A DNA stretch of 62,711 nucleotides, counting the filler, from Chiloscyllium plagiosum (Eukaryota), in assembly GCF_004010195.1 (NCBI RefSeq). It is 3 parts of one record of this genome, joined end to end, with 100 filler letters (N's around TTAATTAATTAA, not from the genome) between each part and the next. Parts side by side here need not be neighbours in the genome. Positions count along the whole stretch, not along the records: positions 14,538 to 45,917 come from NC_057715.1; 2 more parts are not named here. One strand, given 5' to 3'. The position numbers and the translations under genes are program-made. Under the pieces are notes generated by a model. The model was given only the letters and a program-made list of their open reading frames with translations. It did not search any database and had not been told where the DNA came from. Of this stretch, positions 24,381 through 37,605 are shown piece after piece. Position 1 is the first letter of the stretch. The number at the start of each line of letters is the position of its first letter.

Positions 24381-25729
24381 AATTGTGTTGATTTTGTTTG
24401 ATCTATAAAATTTAAGATGAACATCAGGAACCAATCAGGGCAGCTTCAGACTGACAGTGTGCGGCTGGGCACGCAGTAGCATTTTAAAATATGGCACCTG
24501 CACCCGGGATGCTGGTCAATTCTGTGATCTCCAGCTGCTCTGGGAAGCACGGGTATTAAAGTGGGTCTGATGATTGATGTGGTATTCACCCCAAGGGCTG
24601 AAATGCCAACGAATGCGATGAGCTTGGTAAGATACAGTGAGAAAACTTGGTCAGCCTTGAGGTCAGAATCACTCCACCAAATGTGACTCGCATTTAGCCA
24701 AAAAAACATTAGTTTTTTTTGTTCATCGATGTGAGAGTTGTTGCCACGGCCAGCTTTCGATATTCATCTCTCATTGTTTTTGAGAAGGTAGTTGTGAGGT
24801 GCCTTGAATCACCATAGGCCATGTCATCTTTGTTCACCGTAGTGCTATTAGAAGACAGAGTTACAGAATTTTGATCTGGTGGCAGTGAAGGAATGATGAT
24901 GTAGTTGCAAGGCTGGGTGGTATGTGACTTAGAAGGGACTCGCTGATGTCTTGATGCTTGTTAATGCTGGCACAATGTGTTTCTGAGACCAGTTCTACAC
25001 TACTCTTTCTATTGCTCATCTTCTTATTTGAAAAATGATATAGTTTCATGAGAAATGATTGTATATTTTCTATTGTTGAGATGAAAGGCTTATCTGATGA
25101 TGAAAAGTTGAACAGTTTGGGCTTTACCCTTTAGAAGAATAAGTGGTGATCTTACACAAGTGTAAAGGTCCTGACAGGAATTAATAGAATGGATTCAGAA
25201 ATAAATTGAGTATCAAAATGCTATGTTTTATGCCTGGTTTTATACTTGTTGTCAAATCTTTGAAACAGGTTGAGGAAAATAACAATTAAATATCAGGGAA
25301 AATGCATTTCCTTTTCTTCACTTGAACAACATAGACTAATTTTTTCTCTGCTTTGCTGTGGATTTTCAGGTGTGTTAATGCAGCCAATGGAACCGATGTG
25401 GTTGAGGCTTACTTAGAATGGTTCAGTATATACGAACATTGACCATTGTTTCTCTGAGCTTATGTCCTGCATCACTGTGCTGCAAACAGTGTGTCAACAC
25501 ATTGCTGAGCATTTGGAGGCATCTATCCTGCTTGATTGGGCTTCTATGGGGATGGCAACTTTGATGAGCTGAAAGTCATTTCAGGCCTGCCTACTGCTGA
25601 GCATTATTTGACACAGACATTGAATATACTTAGGAGTAGTCGATTAGAAGCATGAGTATTGCTGAAATTTTAAAAAATGCGATTGAAACTTTTCATCTTG
25701 TATTCATCACGACAGAAAGATTATTGAAG

Positions 25730-26645
25730 ACTTGTTCGCCAGAATTTGCCAGACCCCTAGTCAAGTTGTTCCAACACAGCCATTAACATCAGCATCTACC
25801 CAGCAATGCCTTATACACAAAAAGCAGGACAAATCCAATCCGGACAGTTACCGCTCCATCGATTTACTTTTGAACACCAATAAAGTGATGGATGGCGTCA
25901 TCAAAACGCAAAGTCAGGAGTGTCAGATTTTACTTGTCTAGTTGAGTGGAACTGCAACAATAATTAAGAAGCCTGGCACCATTCAGGGTAAAGCAGCTCA
26001 CTTGTTTGGCACCACATCCACAAATATTTTCTCCATCCATCACCAACATTCAATAGCAGCAATGTCTACTATCTATAAGGTGATGATTTGGAGATGCTGG
26101 TGTTGGTCTGGGGTGTACAAAGTTAAAAATCACACAACGTCAGGTTATAGTCCAACAGATTTAATTGGAAGCACTAGCTTTCGGAGCGCTGGTCCTTCAC
26201 AACCACCTAATGAAGGAGCGGCGCTCCGAAAGCTAGTGCTTCCAATTAAATCTGTTGGACTGTAACCTGGTGTTGTGTGATTTTTAGATCTATAAATTCT
26301 ATAGATCTAAAAATCACACTGCAGAAATTCACCAAAATTCCTCAGACAGCTCCTTCCAAACCCACAAACACTTTCACCGACAAGGACAAAGCAGTAGTTA
26401 CTTGAAAACACCACCCACAAGGTCTCCTCCGAACAACTCACCATTCTGACTTGGAAATATATCGTTGTTCTGTCAGTGTCGCTGGGTCAAAAACCTGGAA
26501 CTCAATCTCTAACAGCATTGTGCGCATGCTGCACCAAACTGGCTGCAGCAATTTCAGAAGGCAGCTTTTTATCAGCGTTTCAAGGGCAACTAGGTTTGTG
26601 TCATAAATTCTGGCCCAACCAATGAAGACCAGATCCTGTGAATGT
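25730..26645 (+). mobile_element. Old CR1/L2-group LINE (family B), internally deleted
   Basis: HKKQDKSNPDSYRSI motif and shared 3' tail. Confidence 0.75.
26080..26287. mobile_element. Fold-back insertion of a second PLE-like family
   Basis: Inverted arms about 26125-26200 and 26205-26286; hammerhead CAC-CTAATGA-A-GGAGC-GGC-GCTCC-GAAA-GCTA-GTG at 26204-26238; ATCTATAA on both flanks. Confidence 0.8.
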
Positions 26646-28858
26646 ATAGAAACAATTTAGTTGCAACCTTTTTACTATGCTGACACATGCATTGCTTTTA
26701 TGCATAACCTTTGCACATTTTGTGTGCATTAATTATTTTGGAAACCACCAGCTTTTGTGAATGAATGGAACTAGCCCTGACTCTGACACCAAGTAATTGT
26801 CACACAATGAAGCTGCTTCCCCAAAAACTAAAGCTGCAGGATATTGCATTGTAACTGAATGATGTTTTAAGAATGTTTAGGACTTTTTACTGCAGTTTTC
26901 TATATTTCTCTGTTGTTCTCCGTTCATAACATTTTAGGCATAAGTTCAAATACTTTTATAGTTACTTAGATGCCAATGAACAACTTTGTATGCCTTGAAT
27001 GCTATACAAACAGCAAAGTAATTAAGACAATAGCCACCTCAGGATCAATAGAATGGCATCTATTTAAGAAACACTGTGCAAAGTTTGTTCATTCTGTTGG
27101 TGTTCATTCATCTCAGTGTTTCCTGAATAACATGACCCGAAAAGACTCAGAAAGACAAATAGGTAGTCAGTCAGGCATTGTGAAAGAACAGTGTATTCGA
27201 ATGTTCAACAATTGAAGTTTGTTTGTTAGAAAATGGGAACCTTTTGGGGATGTATGCTTCCTAAGCCGTTGCTCAGCAAGAACATTTACTGGTTTGGCGC
27301 TTGGGACATTTTTTCTTAAAACTTGCAGCTGTATAAACAACAATATAATTTCTGCAATGTGTAAAGCCTTGGGTGTTGTCTCTCTCACACAAGAGAAGTT
27401 TCTAAAGAGGGTCAGAAAAGTCAAGACTGCAGACATATCTATGGACACAAGTAACACCATTGTTTGTTGACCTACTCTAAAGGCACACTTGATCGATCGA
27501 TTAAAGGGCATTCCCCAGGAAATGTCATCCCATCCTGATGGCCAGCTGGGGTTTGAAGACTAGTTGCTACAAGAACTCAAACTGGTTTTATATTTTATTT
27601 TCACCATGGCTAAAGTCACTTCTTAGGGTGTTAGTTCATTAACAACTTGAAATGGCATTCTTGGCGGAACTCCCAGGAAAGTTTGGGAATTTCCCCTGGA
27701 TATAGGAGATAAGCAGTAAATTTGCCTATGACATCTAACATGGGGCAGGAGAATGTAGGAAAGCTAGTTGGGGTTGGAGGGATGGTGGAAGTGAGGCAGA
27801 TATAGGCACATTTATGCAGCTTGGATAGTGATCTGGGGCAGTTTGAAGTCTGCAGTGTTGATGGGATGAACACTGAGTGGGGAAAGGGAGCTTTTGTGAA
27901 TCTGAAAAGCAGTAGCAGAGAACCGCTCACTGCCATTTCCATCATGAAGCACGCAACATAATGTCCTGGAGGGTGGCTGTGAACACACTCACAATGGGAT
28001 GGCTAAGTGATCTGAGCTGGGAGGGAGGGATCTGCATCTAAAATCTAAATGCAACTGGGCATTTACAGGGGAAGAATATTGGTGTCCTACACGTGAGAGA
28101 TTGCTAACACAGGCATGCAGGCTATGTGTTCTCTGGTCATTACACAGCATCAACCCTCCGTTTGTGTCTTATTTCCCTGGTATTGTCACTGCTGGGGAAC
28201 TGCCTGAGATATACACTCTCACGCACATAGCCAGCAATCAGTGGGCAATGTTGACAGGCAGGCGACCTAAGGATTCAGAGTGAACCAATGTATTATTGCT
28301 TACCCATGTCATTGGTGCACAGTGTATACCCCCACAACCATGCAGTACATCTACAGTGCAGGCCGCAACAAATATTTAGGCCTTAGACAGGGACATAGCC
28401 AACCACATGGATGGTGGAAAACAAACCTTTATCACAAATTAGAGCTACATTGATAAGTGTGAGCTATGGACCCGATGGGCCCTCACAAATGCTTTCTTTT
28501 CCTCTCCCTCCTCCTGTCCACAATAATCCCCCTCCCCCCTTCCATAGATGGGGTAGAGGAAGCCTGGTCTCTGGCCCTGCAGTTTTGATAGAGCAACTTC
28601 AGGGGTGTTTTTAAGTCTGGATAGGCCAGACGTGCTGAGGGTCTTTTTACCTGCAGCAAGGTGCCCCTTCCTATCTTGAACTTCCAAGGATTGGAGAGAG
28701 GCAGGCAGGGCGGAGGAGCAGGGCCCAGTCAACTCTACAGTCTCCTAAGCATATTGCCATGGGACCTTCCTGTGATTCCTCTTTTGCTGGATGCCTCCTG
28801 GCACTGACCTCTCTCCCTGTGAGGTCAGGGCTGTGTCCAAGACTGTCTGTCCCCCTCA

Positions 28859-28986
28859 GGAGAAAGTGAGGACTGCAGATGCTGGAGATCAGAGCTGAAA
28901 ATGTGTTGCTGGAAAATCGCAGCAGGTCAGGCAGCATCCAAGGAGCAGGAGAATCGACGTTTCGGGCATGAGCCCTTCTTCAGGAA
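28859..28986 (-). mobile_element. Short PLE insertion beginning at an intact hammerhead motif (28952-28986)
   Basis: TTC-CTGAAGA-A-GGGC-TCAT-GCCC-GAAA-CGTC-GA; flanking ACTGTCTGTCC at 28842 and 28987. Confidence 0.88.
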
Positions 28987-29896
28987 ACTGTCTGTCCTCC
29001 TTCAGTCCTCAGCTCCAAAACCTGGGGTGATGGCTCTGCAATGACCCCTGATCCCATGGTCTTCCCATGACAGACTCTAACCTGTCGATGGAGTAGCCAA
29101 AGGGGGTTACTGGACTGGCTGCCTCCCCTCAGCTTTTCAGTGAGGAGATTGATAGCATCGTGCCTGCTTATTGATTGGGCCCATGGGGCTGACCATGTGC
29201 TTAGGTTACTGTCACTCCTCCAAGAGACAGTGGCCTGGGGCATTGCACTCTCACCCGTATGAACAACTGAACATTTGAGGCCTTCAACAGCCTCCCTTTG
29301 CCCAGTGAGTCCACCTACACTTCAGTGTAACTGCCAGTTGGGGTCCAGTAGGTTGGCTTTGCTGATGGTTTCTCCACACTCCGGTCATACCCTTCCTCTG
29401 AGGTGGTGGAGATGGCTGCCTCTCGGCTGATGTACTCAGCACACTGCAACTGTTAGAGGCAAAAGGCAGATGGCATCATGGCCGACGGTTCGGGGCAGTG
29501 TCCAATGTAGCTCACTGACCAGCCGGTGAGTGTCAGCATCACAGTGATGCTCCCAGTGATACTTACGCATCGCAGGGACACATTGGCTCTGCATCCCCAC
29601 TGGACCTCTGCTTGTGCTTTCCAGCTAGGGTGAGTATCTGATTCTCATGTGGAGTGCAGTAAGCTCCCCCCTCCCCATCCCAACTGAGCCATCTTTGCTC
29701 TGCTCTGTAGTGGGATGGTTTAATTCCAGAATGGGGATGAATGGGTTAGACACATCATGGATGGCACAGCTGTCAGGGTGGTGCATGTGGTGTGTTGAGG
29801 AGGTAGCGTGGAAGGAATGCAAGGTTGGTGTTGGAGGAGGCTGTGGTTGAGGGAGCAAGTGAGGGGAAATGTTGCATGCAATAGATCAGGGGTCAT

Positions 29897-30060
29897 GAGA
29901 CAAAAATAGATGCTGGGATCCAAAAGTAGATGAGCAGGAAGCTGGAAGTACACAGCAAGCCAGGCAGCAACAGGAGGTGGAGAAGTCGATGTTTCGGGCA
30001 TAACCCTTCTTCAAAACTAAAGCTACCTGTCTTGCTGTGTTTCTCAGGCTTCTTGCTTGT
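29897..30060. mobile_element. Older fold-back PLE-like insertion
   Basis: Decayed hammerhead near 29985-30015, short inverted arm, TAGATCAGG on both flanks. Confidence 0.65.
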
Positions 30061-31929
30061 CTAGATCAGGTGCCATAGCAGATGCCTTGGTAGGAGGTGA
30101 TTGGAGCAACAAAGATCGAGTGAGGTAGCAGAGAGCAGAATGTGGCACTCTGGCAGCACAGAGAAGGCCATTTACCTTTTTTTCGGGATTGCTGCTCAGT
30201 CCTCTGAAGCCTGGAGACTGCACTGACCTGGGTGGTGATCTCTGATCAGGTAGACAGCATGTGGTGGTGCAGCCAGGAAGAGGATGACCTTGCTGTGCAC
30301 CATCCTGTCAACCAGAACCTCCTGCTCCTTGCTGGAGAACTTTAGTGCCAATTGTCCTTGACAGCCGTTGTCATCCAGTCACAGGCAGGGCAGATGCCAC
30401 AGCTCCTTGAGATGCATTGTGGGCACAGCCATCTTCAAAACAGTCAGTTGGCAGATATGCTGTGAATGGCAAATTTTTCTGGGAACCACACGTTGTCAGA
30501 TGAGACAGAGCTTTGATTTGATTCCCCTCACTGAGTCTGCAAAGAGTGTGGTGAATTACGGCCAGAAAACTCACAAGGCCTCACAGTGGGTTTAACTCCT
30601 CCAATCTTGAAACAACTCGCACTTATCCAAAAATGTGTAAGATTCCAGCCACTGTGTTGTAATGGTCTGGACAGCTGGGTTATTTTCATTTGATTGAGAG
30701 TAATTTTTGACAGATAATTCCGTGTGATTTTGCATGCATGTTGGTGACCTTCAGTTCTGAATCATTTTAAAACTGAGTTGACTTTTTTTTTACAGTCATT
30801 CCTAGAAATGCCAATGCAGATGCTAAAGGGCATCCTTGTGAATGGAGTGAAATAGATGTGGGATGAGGACACCCTTGGAGCAGAACAGCTCATGGAGCAG
30901 AACTACAGATTTCTAACAAATAATACGCTCCATGATTAAACTATACAGCAAATAGTACTCTCGTAACAGAACACTGCAGGGCTAAAATAATTGTCACTAA
31001 TTTGGTTATTGTCTATTTAACTATCCATCCATCTGTTACTGCCATGTCTTCATTACATGTTTTATTCATCTAACTCTATTCACCATCTTTTCTCCTTTCT
31101 CCATTTATTTATCTTTATCACAATAACAGCTAAATGTTTTTTGGTTCCTTTAACGTAACAAGATAACACAGGGCACTTCTCAAGAATATTACCAAATAAA
31201 ATTTGACACTGAGCCACTTAATGATATTGTGGGGACAAGTGACCAAAATTTTGGGTAAGGAGGTAGATTATAAAACACATCTTAAAGGAGAAAAGCAAGG
31301 TGGAAAGGTGGAGAGGTGTTCAGAGGAATTTCTAGAGCTTGACACCTTGTTACCTAGGACATTGCCTAGAATTATTTCAGAATATATTCAATCTTGACTT
31401 TCATTAGCCGACTCCAGGTACAGGTTATTTTTCACCACTTCTTTACACAATTCAGTGACACACCTAACAGTCTCATGCTGATGGTTTTAAAGTCAGCGAA
31501 GTGCATGAAGAAGAAAATGAATTGAAGAATATGTTGAAAGTTTTAACTGAGATAGAGTATTCATGTGTGGCATAAACACTGACATAGACTTGTAAGGCCA
31601 AATGACCTAAATCTGTGCTGGAAGTTCTATGTAATTCTATGTACGTTTGATAGTCATGCAATGATCAGGTATATCTAAAAATGTGAAGTTGCTATTGATG
31701 ATGGCAATCAAGGATCCAAATTGTCCCAAGGAGTTATGAAAGAGAAAGAAGTGGAATTTTGAGTTCGAATACTCCATTGCAAAGATCATAACAAAGGTCA
31801 TCCCTCACCTGTTCTTTGCAAAATAGTGATAATAAATACTACCTAGTTAATCTTGTATTAAATCTAGATATGTACTATAGGTATATTTGCAAAAGGTACC
31901 ATAAAATGTACGCGAGATCAAATGTCTAG

Positions 31930-32087
31930 TTCCCTCTCACTCACTATGTTTTTCTCTCTATCTCCCTCTCTCTCACTCCATTTCTCTGTCTATTGCTCTC
32001 TACCTCTCATTATCTCACCCTATCTCTTGGTCTCACTCCCTTTCTTCCTTTCTCTCTGTCTGGCTCTGTCTCTCACACTCCCTTTCT
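31930..32087. repeat. CT-rich low-complexity tract
   Basis: Degenerate (CT)n. Confidence 0.8.
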
Positions 32088-32099
32088 CGCCGAAGAGTG

Positions 32100-32897
32100 C
32101 AGATGAACTTTATTTTAGATAAATGTAAGGTGCTGCATTTTGGAAAGGGAAATCAGGGCAGGACTTATACACTTTATGGTAAGGCCTTAAGGAGTGTTGT
32201 TGAACAAAGAGTCCTTGGAGTTCAGGTTCATAGTTCCTTAAAAGTGGATTCGCAGGTAGATAGGAGAGTGAAGAAGGTGTTTGGTATGCTTTCCTGTATT
32301 GATCAATGCATTGAGTACAGGAGTTGAGAGGTCATGTACAGGACATTGGTTACGCCACTTTTGGAATACTGCGCAATTTTGGTCTCTCTGCTATAGGAAG
32401 AATGTTGTGAAACATGAAAGGGTTCAGCAAAGATTTACAAGGATGTTGTCAAGATTGGAAGGTTTGAGCTATAGGGAGAGGCTGAATTGACTGGGGCTAT
32501 TTTTCCTGGAGTATCAGAGGTGAGGGATGACCTTGTCGAGGTTTATAAAATCATGAGGGACATGGATAGGGTAAATAGACAAGGACCTTTACCCAGGGTA
32601 GGAGAGTCCAAAACTAGAGGACATAGATTTAAGGAGAATTGGGAAAGATTTAAAGGGACCTAAGGGGCAATTTTTTCACACAGAGGGTGGTGTGTGCATG
32701 GAATGAGCTGCCAGAGGAAGTGTGGAGACTGGTATAATTAGAGTATTTAACAGGCACCTGGATATATGAACAGGAAGGGTTTGGAGGGCTATGGGTCAGG
32801 TGCTGACAAATGGGACTAGATCAATTTAGGATATCTGGTTGGCATGGATGAGTTGGACCGAAGGCTCTGTTTCCGTGCTGTATATCTCTACAGCTCT
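32100..32897 (+). mobile_element. CR1/HER1-type LINE 3' fragment
   Basis: KCKVLHFG, LGVQVH, ERVQQRFTRM, LSYRERL motifs and CR1 3' UTR. Confidence 0.9.
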
Positions 32898-33949
32898 AAA
32901 TTGCCCATTGCGTAGATGGCCTTTCAGTGGACCAACCTGGGATGCCTGTTCATGTGCAATTGCATGCATATTCTTTGTAGGTGGCAGATTTGGAAAAGGC
33001 TATCAAAGGAGCCTTGTTATGTTGGTGCACATCACCTAATATATGCCCACATGGCCCTGTGTAGTGCCCTTTTGTCTTCAAGCCCTTTCCCGGCACCCAA
33101 ACATCCTGTGCCAGTTCAGCCATGCCTCCTTATACCCCCAAGCCTTTCATACTTCCCAAGCCTCTAAAATCTACCATGGTCTTCTCATATAACTCATGCC
33201 CCCTGCATTGTAACCTGCTGCACCATGTCCCCTCCCTACTCCCTCAGAATCATCTTTGCCCTCTATTATCATCCATCCCTATATCTCTGCATAATGCCAA
33301 TCCCCTCCATGTTCTGTGTTCTGTCCTCAGCTCCTCGCATGCAAGGCACTCTCAGTCTCCACGATGGACAGGCTTCAGAACACAGGAAATCGCAAAGAAG
33401 CCTTTGAAATGCACTTGAAAATAGTTAAATCTCTAACAATAAAATTGTCAGTCAAACTCATGCTGCATGAAAAGAACCTCTAATTCCAATGGAAAGCAAA
33501 AGTTAGATGGTCATTAATTGTGAAAACAAGCAAATATCAATTTAGAAAGTCCAAAGATAGATATTTCTATTATATCCTCTTAAAACTGCCAAATAGGACT
33601 TTTAATCTCCAGAAATACTGGATAGAAGTACCACTACTGAGCTAACTGCTCTCAAAATGCAGTAAAACATTCATAACAGGCTAAGATATCACAACAAAAC
33701 ATTTACAGCTTGGACAATGGAGTCAATTGAAATAGTCCAACCTATGTTCTATTTTCTGTTTGAAAGGAGATGGTGCAGGTGGATTTTTTTGCTATTTTTA
33801 AGCATGCAGAATTTTATAAAGTAAAGTTCAGTGGATTAATGTTGTGATGTTGATAGGAGGTTTCGAAATCTCTTCAGTTTTGAATGCACCAAATGTCCTT
33901 TATCCAATGGGAACATACTCTAATGCATCTTGACACTTCAAGTAAGTTT

Positions 33950-34294
33950 TTTTTAATACGTTCATGGGATGGGGGCATCGCTGACTAGACAGCATTATTG
34001 CCCATCCCTGATTGCCCAGAGGTTGTTAAGAGTCAACCAGATTGCAATGGGAGTCACATGTGGATCAGACCAAGTAAGGATGGCAGTTTCCTTCCCTAAA
34101 GAACATTAGTGAACTAGATGGGATTTTCCAACAATGGATACATGGTCATCATTAGACTCTAAATTCCAGATATTTCTTGAATTCAAATTCCACCATCTGC
34201 TGTGGTGGGATTCGAACTCAGGTCCCCAGAACACTACACTACCCGGGTCTCTGAATTAACAGTCAAGCGATAGTACCACGAGGCCATCGCCTCC
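33950..34294 (-). mobile_element. tRNA-derived SINE sharing its tail with LINE family B
   Basis: Minus head GGAGGCGATGGCCTCGTGGT, B-box GTTCGAATCC, tail matching family B 3' ends, A-tail. Confidence 0.8.
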
Positions 34295-35619
34295 ATACCA
34301 TGTTACGGCCAGCTTACCATTTAGGACATAACACCAATATTTATCACGATTAAAAACATACCTAAATTATCAGACAAACAATTCCCAAATTCTTACACCT
34401 AGTAGATTTTGCAAAGGCTTCCAAAAGCTGCTTGATTGGATGAAAATTCTGTGGGATGTGAAATACAATTTCATCGAAATCTGTAAATGATGATCTTGAC
34501 CTCACAGGCCTGTTGTGTCGGTTTACAGCCCAAACCAGAATCTAATACTGGAAGCTTGTGTGGGGCTCCTTTTGAGGAGGAAGATGAAACCTCTGATCCC
34601 ATTGGTTTGAATGTTGATGATTCTAGCACTCATTTTCAATTTTTCGGGACACGAACATCCACTCCAATGGCTTCAGTTTTAAAATATTTAAATGAAAATT
34701 ATTTAATATGGATTGGACTCGCATTTAGTCATTCTTATCTTGGCACCATTCAGGAAGCTTGACCATATTGTTATTTCTTTTTATGCGCAGGCCTTCCTGT
34801 TTGTCCGATTCAGACATTATTTACATATTCTGTTCAAGCAATTTTGTTTTTCTTCAGTTCCCAGAATCAAATAGCTCGCTTGGCTCAGTATGATCTACAA
34901 ACTTAATGAGTTTTCATTTGACGTCTGAATTTACACTGCTGGAGTCAATGACTCCAGTACTAACCTTGGGACATTCTATTCAGTCCTTTTAAATCCTATT
35001 CAAGAGTAACTCCCTTAATAAGTTCTCATTGCCTTCAGCCAATTTCATAACCATTCTGCAAATTTATGTAGATTTATCGAACAACCTTTTGTCAAGTAAC
35101 TGTGGCATTGGCAATACTCTGGAAGGTGGATTATAGTGTATTTGTGGGAAGGACGAGCACTGAATGGTTGTCTTGCATTTTTCATCTTGTTAGCTGTAGA
35201 CATGCATGATTTATAATCCTAATGTAATTAGAATTTTTCAGCATAGCTACCTGTAACTGACCGTGCATTTTTCCAAGCTTTTGATCTTTAATATTTCAGT
35301 CATTATTGATTGTTGGCTTGATTTTATAATGTAAAAAACCTGGTCGTTTTGGGTTTTATCTGAGCTGAGCTTAATTCACTGTTTTAATTTTAATTAATAA
35401 AGTTGGACATTGCAATCTCTGCTGTTTGCCATTGCGCGTGGAAATTATGTGCCCAGGTCCTATAAATGATAGTGACATCTTTAGGAGACACTTTCTCAAA
35501 AAAAACCACTTCAGCTCTTGAAATTGATAGCCCAAATCTTCTGACCAGTACCAGAGTTGCTGAGATTGAAAATTGTATACCTACTTGGACTTTTTTTCAT
35601 GGGATTAGTTTTCCAAAGC

Positions 35620-36678
35620 AGCAGCCAGAGCAACAAGTCCATGTTCAAATGCAGCAAGACCTGAACAAAATGTAGGTACAAATTACTGCAGATGCTGGAA
35701 TCCGTACTGAAAACAACAAATGCTAGTGATCACAGTGGGTCAGGTAGCATTCATGGAGAGAGAGCAAACTAATGTTTTGAGTCTAGATGATTCTTCATCA
35801 GACCTGAAGTGAAGTGTGGAGGGACAGCATTTATGCAATAGTTGGGGGGGAGGGGGAGTGGAATGTGGGAGAGTGATGGTGGTGGGAGCAGTGGAGAGAA
35901 TGCTGTTGGAGAAAAGATTTTAGTAGCTTACAACATCACATTTGGGCTGATAAGTGGCATGTGACATTCACTCCATGCAATGGCCACCTTCTTCAAGAGA
36001 GAACCCAACCATTGACCTATAACATTCAACGGCATAACGATTACTGAATTTCAGATCCCCCCCACCCCCAACCACCAACATCCTGAGGGTTACTGCTGAC
36101 CAGAAACTGAACAAGAATGGCCATATAGATACAATGACTAGGAGAGTAGGTCAGAGGCTAGGAAACCTCTTGACTCCCTAAGGCCTGCCCAGCATCTACA
36201 AGGCTCGAGTGAGGAATATGAGAGAATACTCACAAGTTGCCTGATGTGTGCAACTTCAACAACACTCAAGAAATGTTATACAATTTATAGAAAAACAGCC
36301 CACTTAATTGGCATCACATTCATAAATATTTACTTACTCCACCACTGATGCTAATTAGCAGCAGTGTTTCCAGCTACTAAATGCTCTGCAGAAACTCACC
36401 AAGGCTCTTCAGATAGCACTTTTCAAACCCAAGGACAGCAAATGGGAAACCCACAGTCTGCGAGTTACCCTTCAAGTTACTCACCATGCTAGCCCAGTAA
36501 GATAACTCTGTTCCTTCAGTATTGTTGAGTTAGGATCTTGGAGCTCTCTCCCTAAGGGCCTACCTACACCATATGGATAGTAGTGGTTCAAGAGACAACT
36601 TTCCACCCCCTTCTCAAAGATGGCCAATAAATGCTGCCAGTCAGTGATGCCCACATCACAAGAACAAATTTAAAAAAA
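35620..36678 (+). mobile_element. Old CR1/L2-group LINE (family B) 3' end with nested PLE-like piece (about 35675-35925)
   Basis: VHVQMQQDL motif, shared tail and A-run; nested piece has a decayed hammerhead near 35770-35805. Confidence 0.75.
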
Positions 36679-37349
36679 AGTCAAACTTTTTGACAATTCC
36701 CATTGAGGTCAGAACATCTGAATATCCACAGAATCCCAATATGCATTCTGGTTTGTATGTGTCTGAGCAGAAGATCTGTGCCAATGCATTACAATCAAAG
36801 TTTAGAAGAACTTTCAACATTCTACTTGATATAATTAAAAAGTCATTGCAGATATCAGGTAAGATTTTTAAATGAGTATGTCATCAATGTTTAGCTTTTT
36901 GTACCCTGTTCAGAATCATTCTTCTTGTTGTGTTCAAATAAAAGAAAGTATTTGTTTTCTGCATGAATTAGCATGCAGAACATATGACATTTAACTTATT
37001 TCTACAAAAAAAAGGATTGAATTTTCAGCATGTTGTGCTTTTTATCCTGGGATCTTTGTATGGAGCCAAGCATTAATACGAATTTAAGTTGTTCTAAGGC
37101 ACTACTGTAGCAATTTCTAATTCCTTGCAGGCAAAATTGCATTAGTTAGCACTCTGTTGGTCCAGTTCCCTAGCATTGTCAAGAACGTTTAGCACAATTC
37201 AAATTTTTAACTCACTCTTTGCCATAGTTTCACTTCCTTTGTAATGTTTCAAAGTGATATATATATATATGTATATATATCTTGTACACATGACTAGATA
37301 AGAGTGACCAACCTTAATGAATGAAAATCTTGCAGAACTTTTATCATAA

Positions 37350-37605
37350 GGTGGCATGTGGCTCAGTGGTTAGCACCACTGCCTCACAGTGCCAGGGACT
37401 CGGGTTTGATTCCCACATCGGGTAACTGTCTGTGTGGAGTTTGCACTTTCTGTCTGTGTCTGCATGGGTTTCTTCCTACAGTCCAAAAATATGCAGGTTA
37501 GGGTGAATTAACCTTGGTAAATTGCCCATAGTGTTCAGGGATGTTTAGCTTAGGTGCATTGGTCAGGGGTAAAGGTAGGGGAATAGGTCTGGATGGGTTA
37601 CCCTT
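37350..37605 (+). mobile_element. HE1-type SINE, 3' truncated
   Basis: GTGGCTCAGTGGTTAGCAC head and body. Confidence 0.88.

Larger units (their letters stand above)
19368..24710 (-). mobile_element. Harbinger/PIF fossil with Myb/SANT-like ORF hosting the 24-bp array (outer limits uncertain)
   Basis: Minus strand left of the array reads LLDG..FLLPQDQQ*RPRHQTMPA..QRNA*YHRKKGNVLLNST, then a tttcag acceptor near 20640 and AERVKMDIVLSVSRLLTPYQQR; 24620-24710 resembles 41590-41700 in reverse and 30545-30650. Confidence 0.65.
28600..30650 (-). mobile_element. Harbinger/PIF fossil with Myb/SANT-like ORF
   Basis: 30150-30360 minus: GQLALKFSSKEQEVLVDRMVHSKVILF..SEITTQVSAVSRLQRTEQQSRKK.VNGLLCAAR; terminus-like GGCTGGAATCTTAC at 30650; left limit uncertain. 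Confidence 0.72.

Noticed and set aside
21430..24408. 992-aa keratin-associated or metallothionein-like CDS
   Set aside because: The ORF is entirely tandem repeat, its start is GTG inside the array, two frameshifts lie upstream and variation follows CpG decay
31471..31575. Exon SHADGFKVSEVHEEENELKNMLKVLTEIE
   Set aside because: Looks coding, but an earlier AG follows the pyrimidine tract and there is no good donor
34330..35620. Possible ancient coding fossil
   Set aside because: Stops in the frames examined and no motif I could assign
36732..37192. Exon pair around the CAG|GTAAGA donor at 36859 and acceptor at 37130
   Set aside because: Weak upstream acceptor and no recognisable peptide
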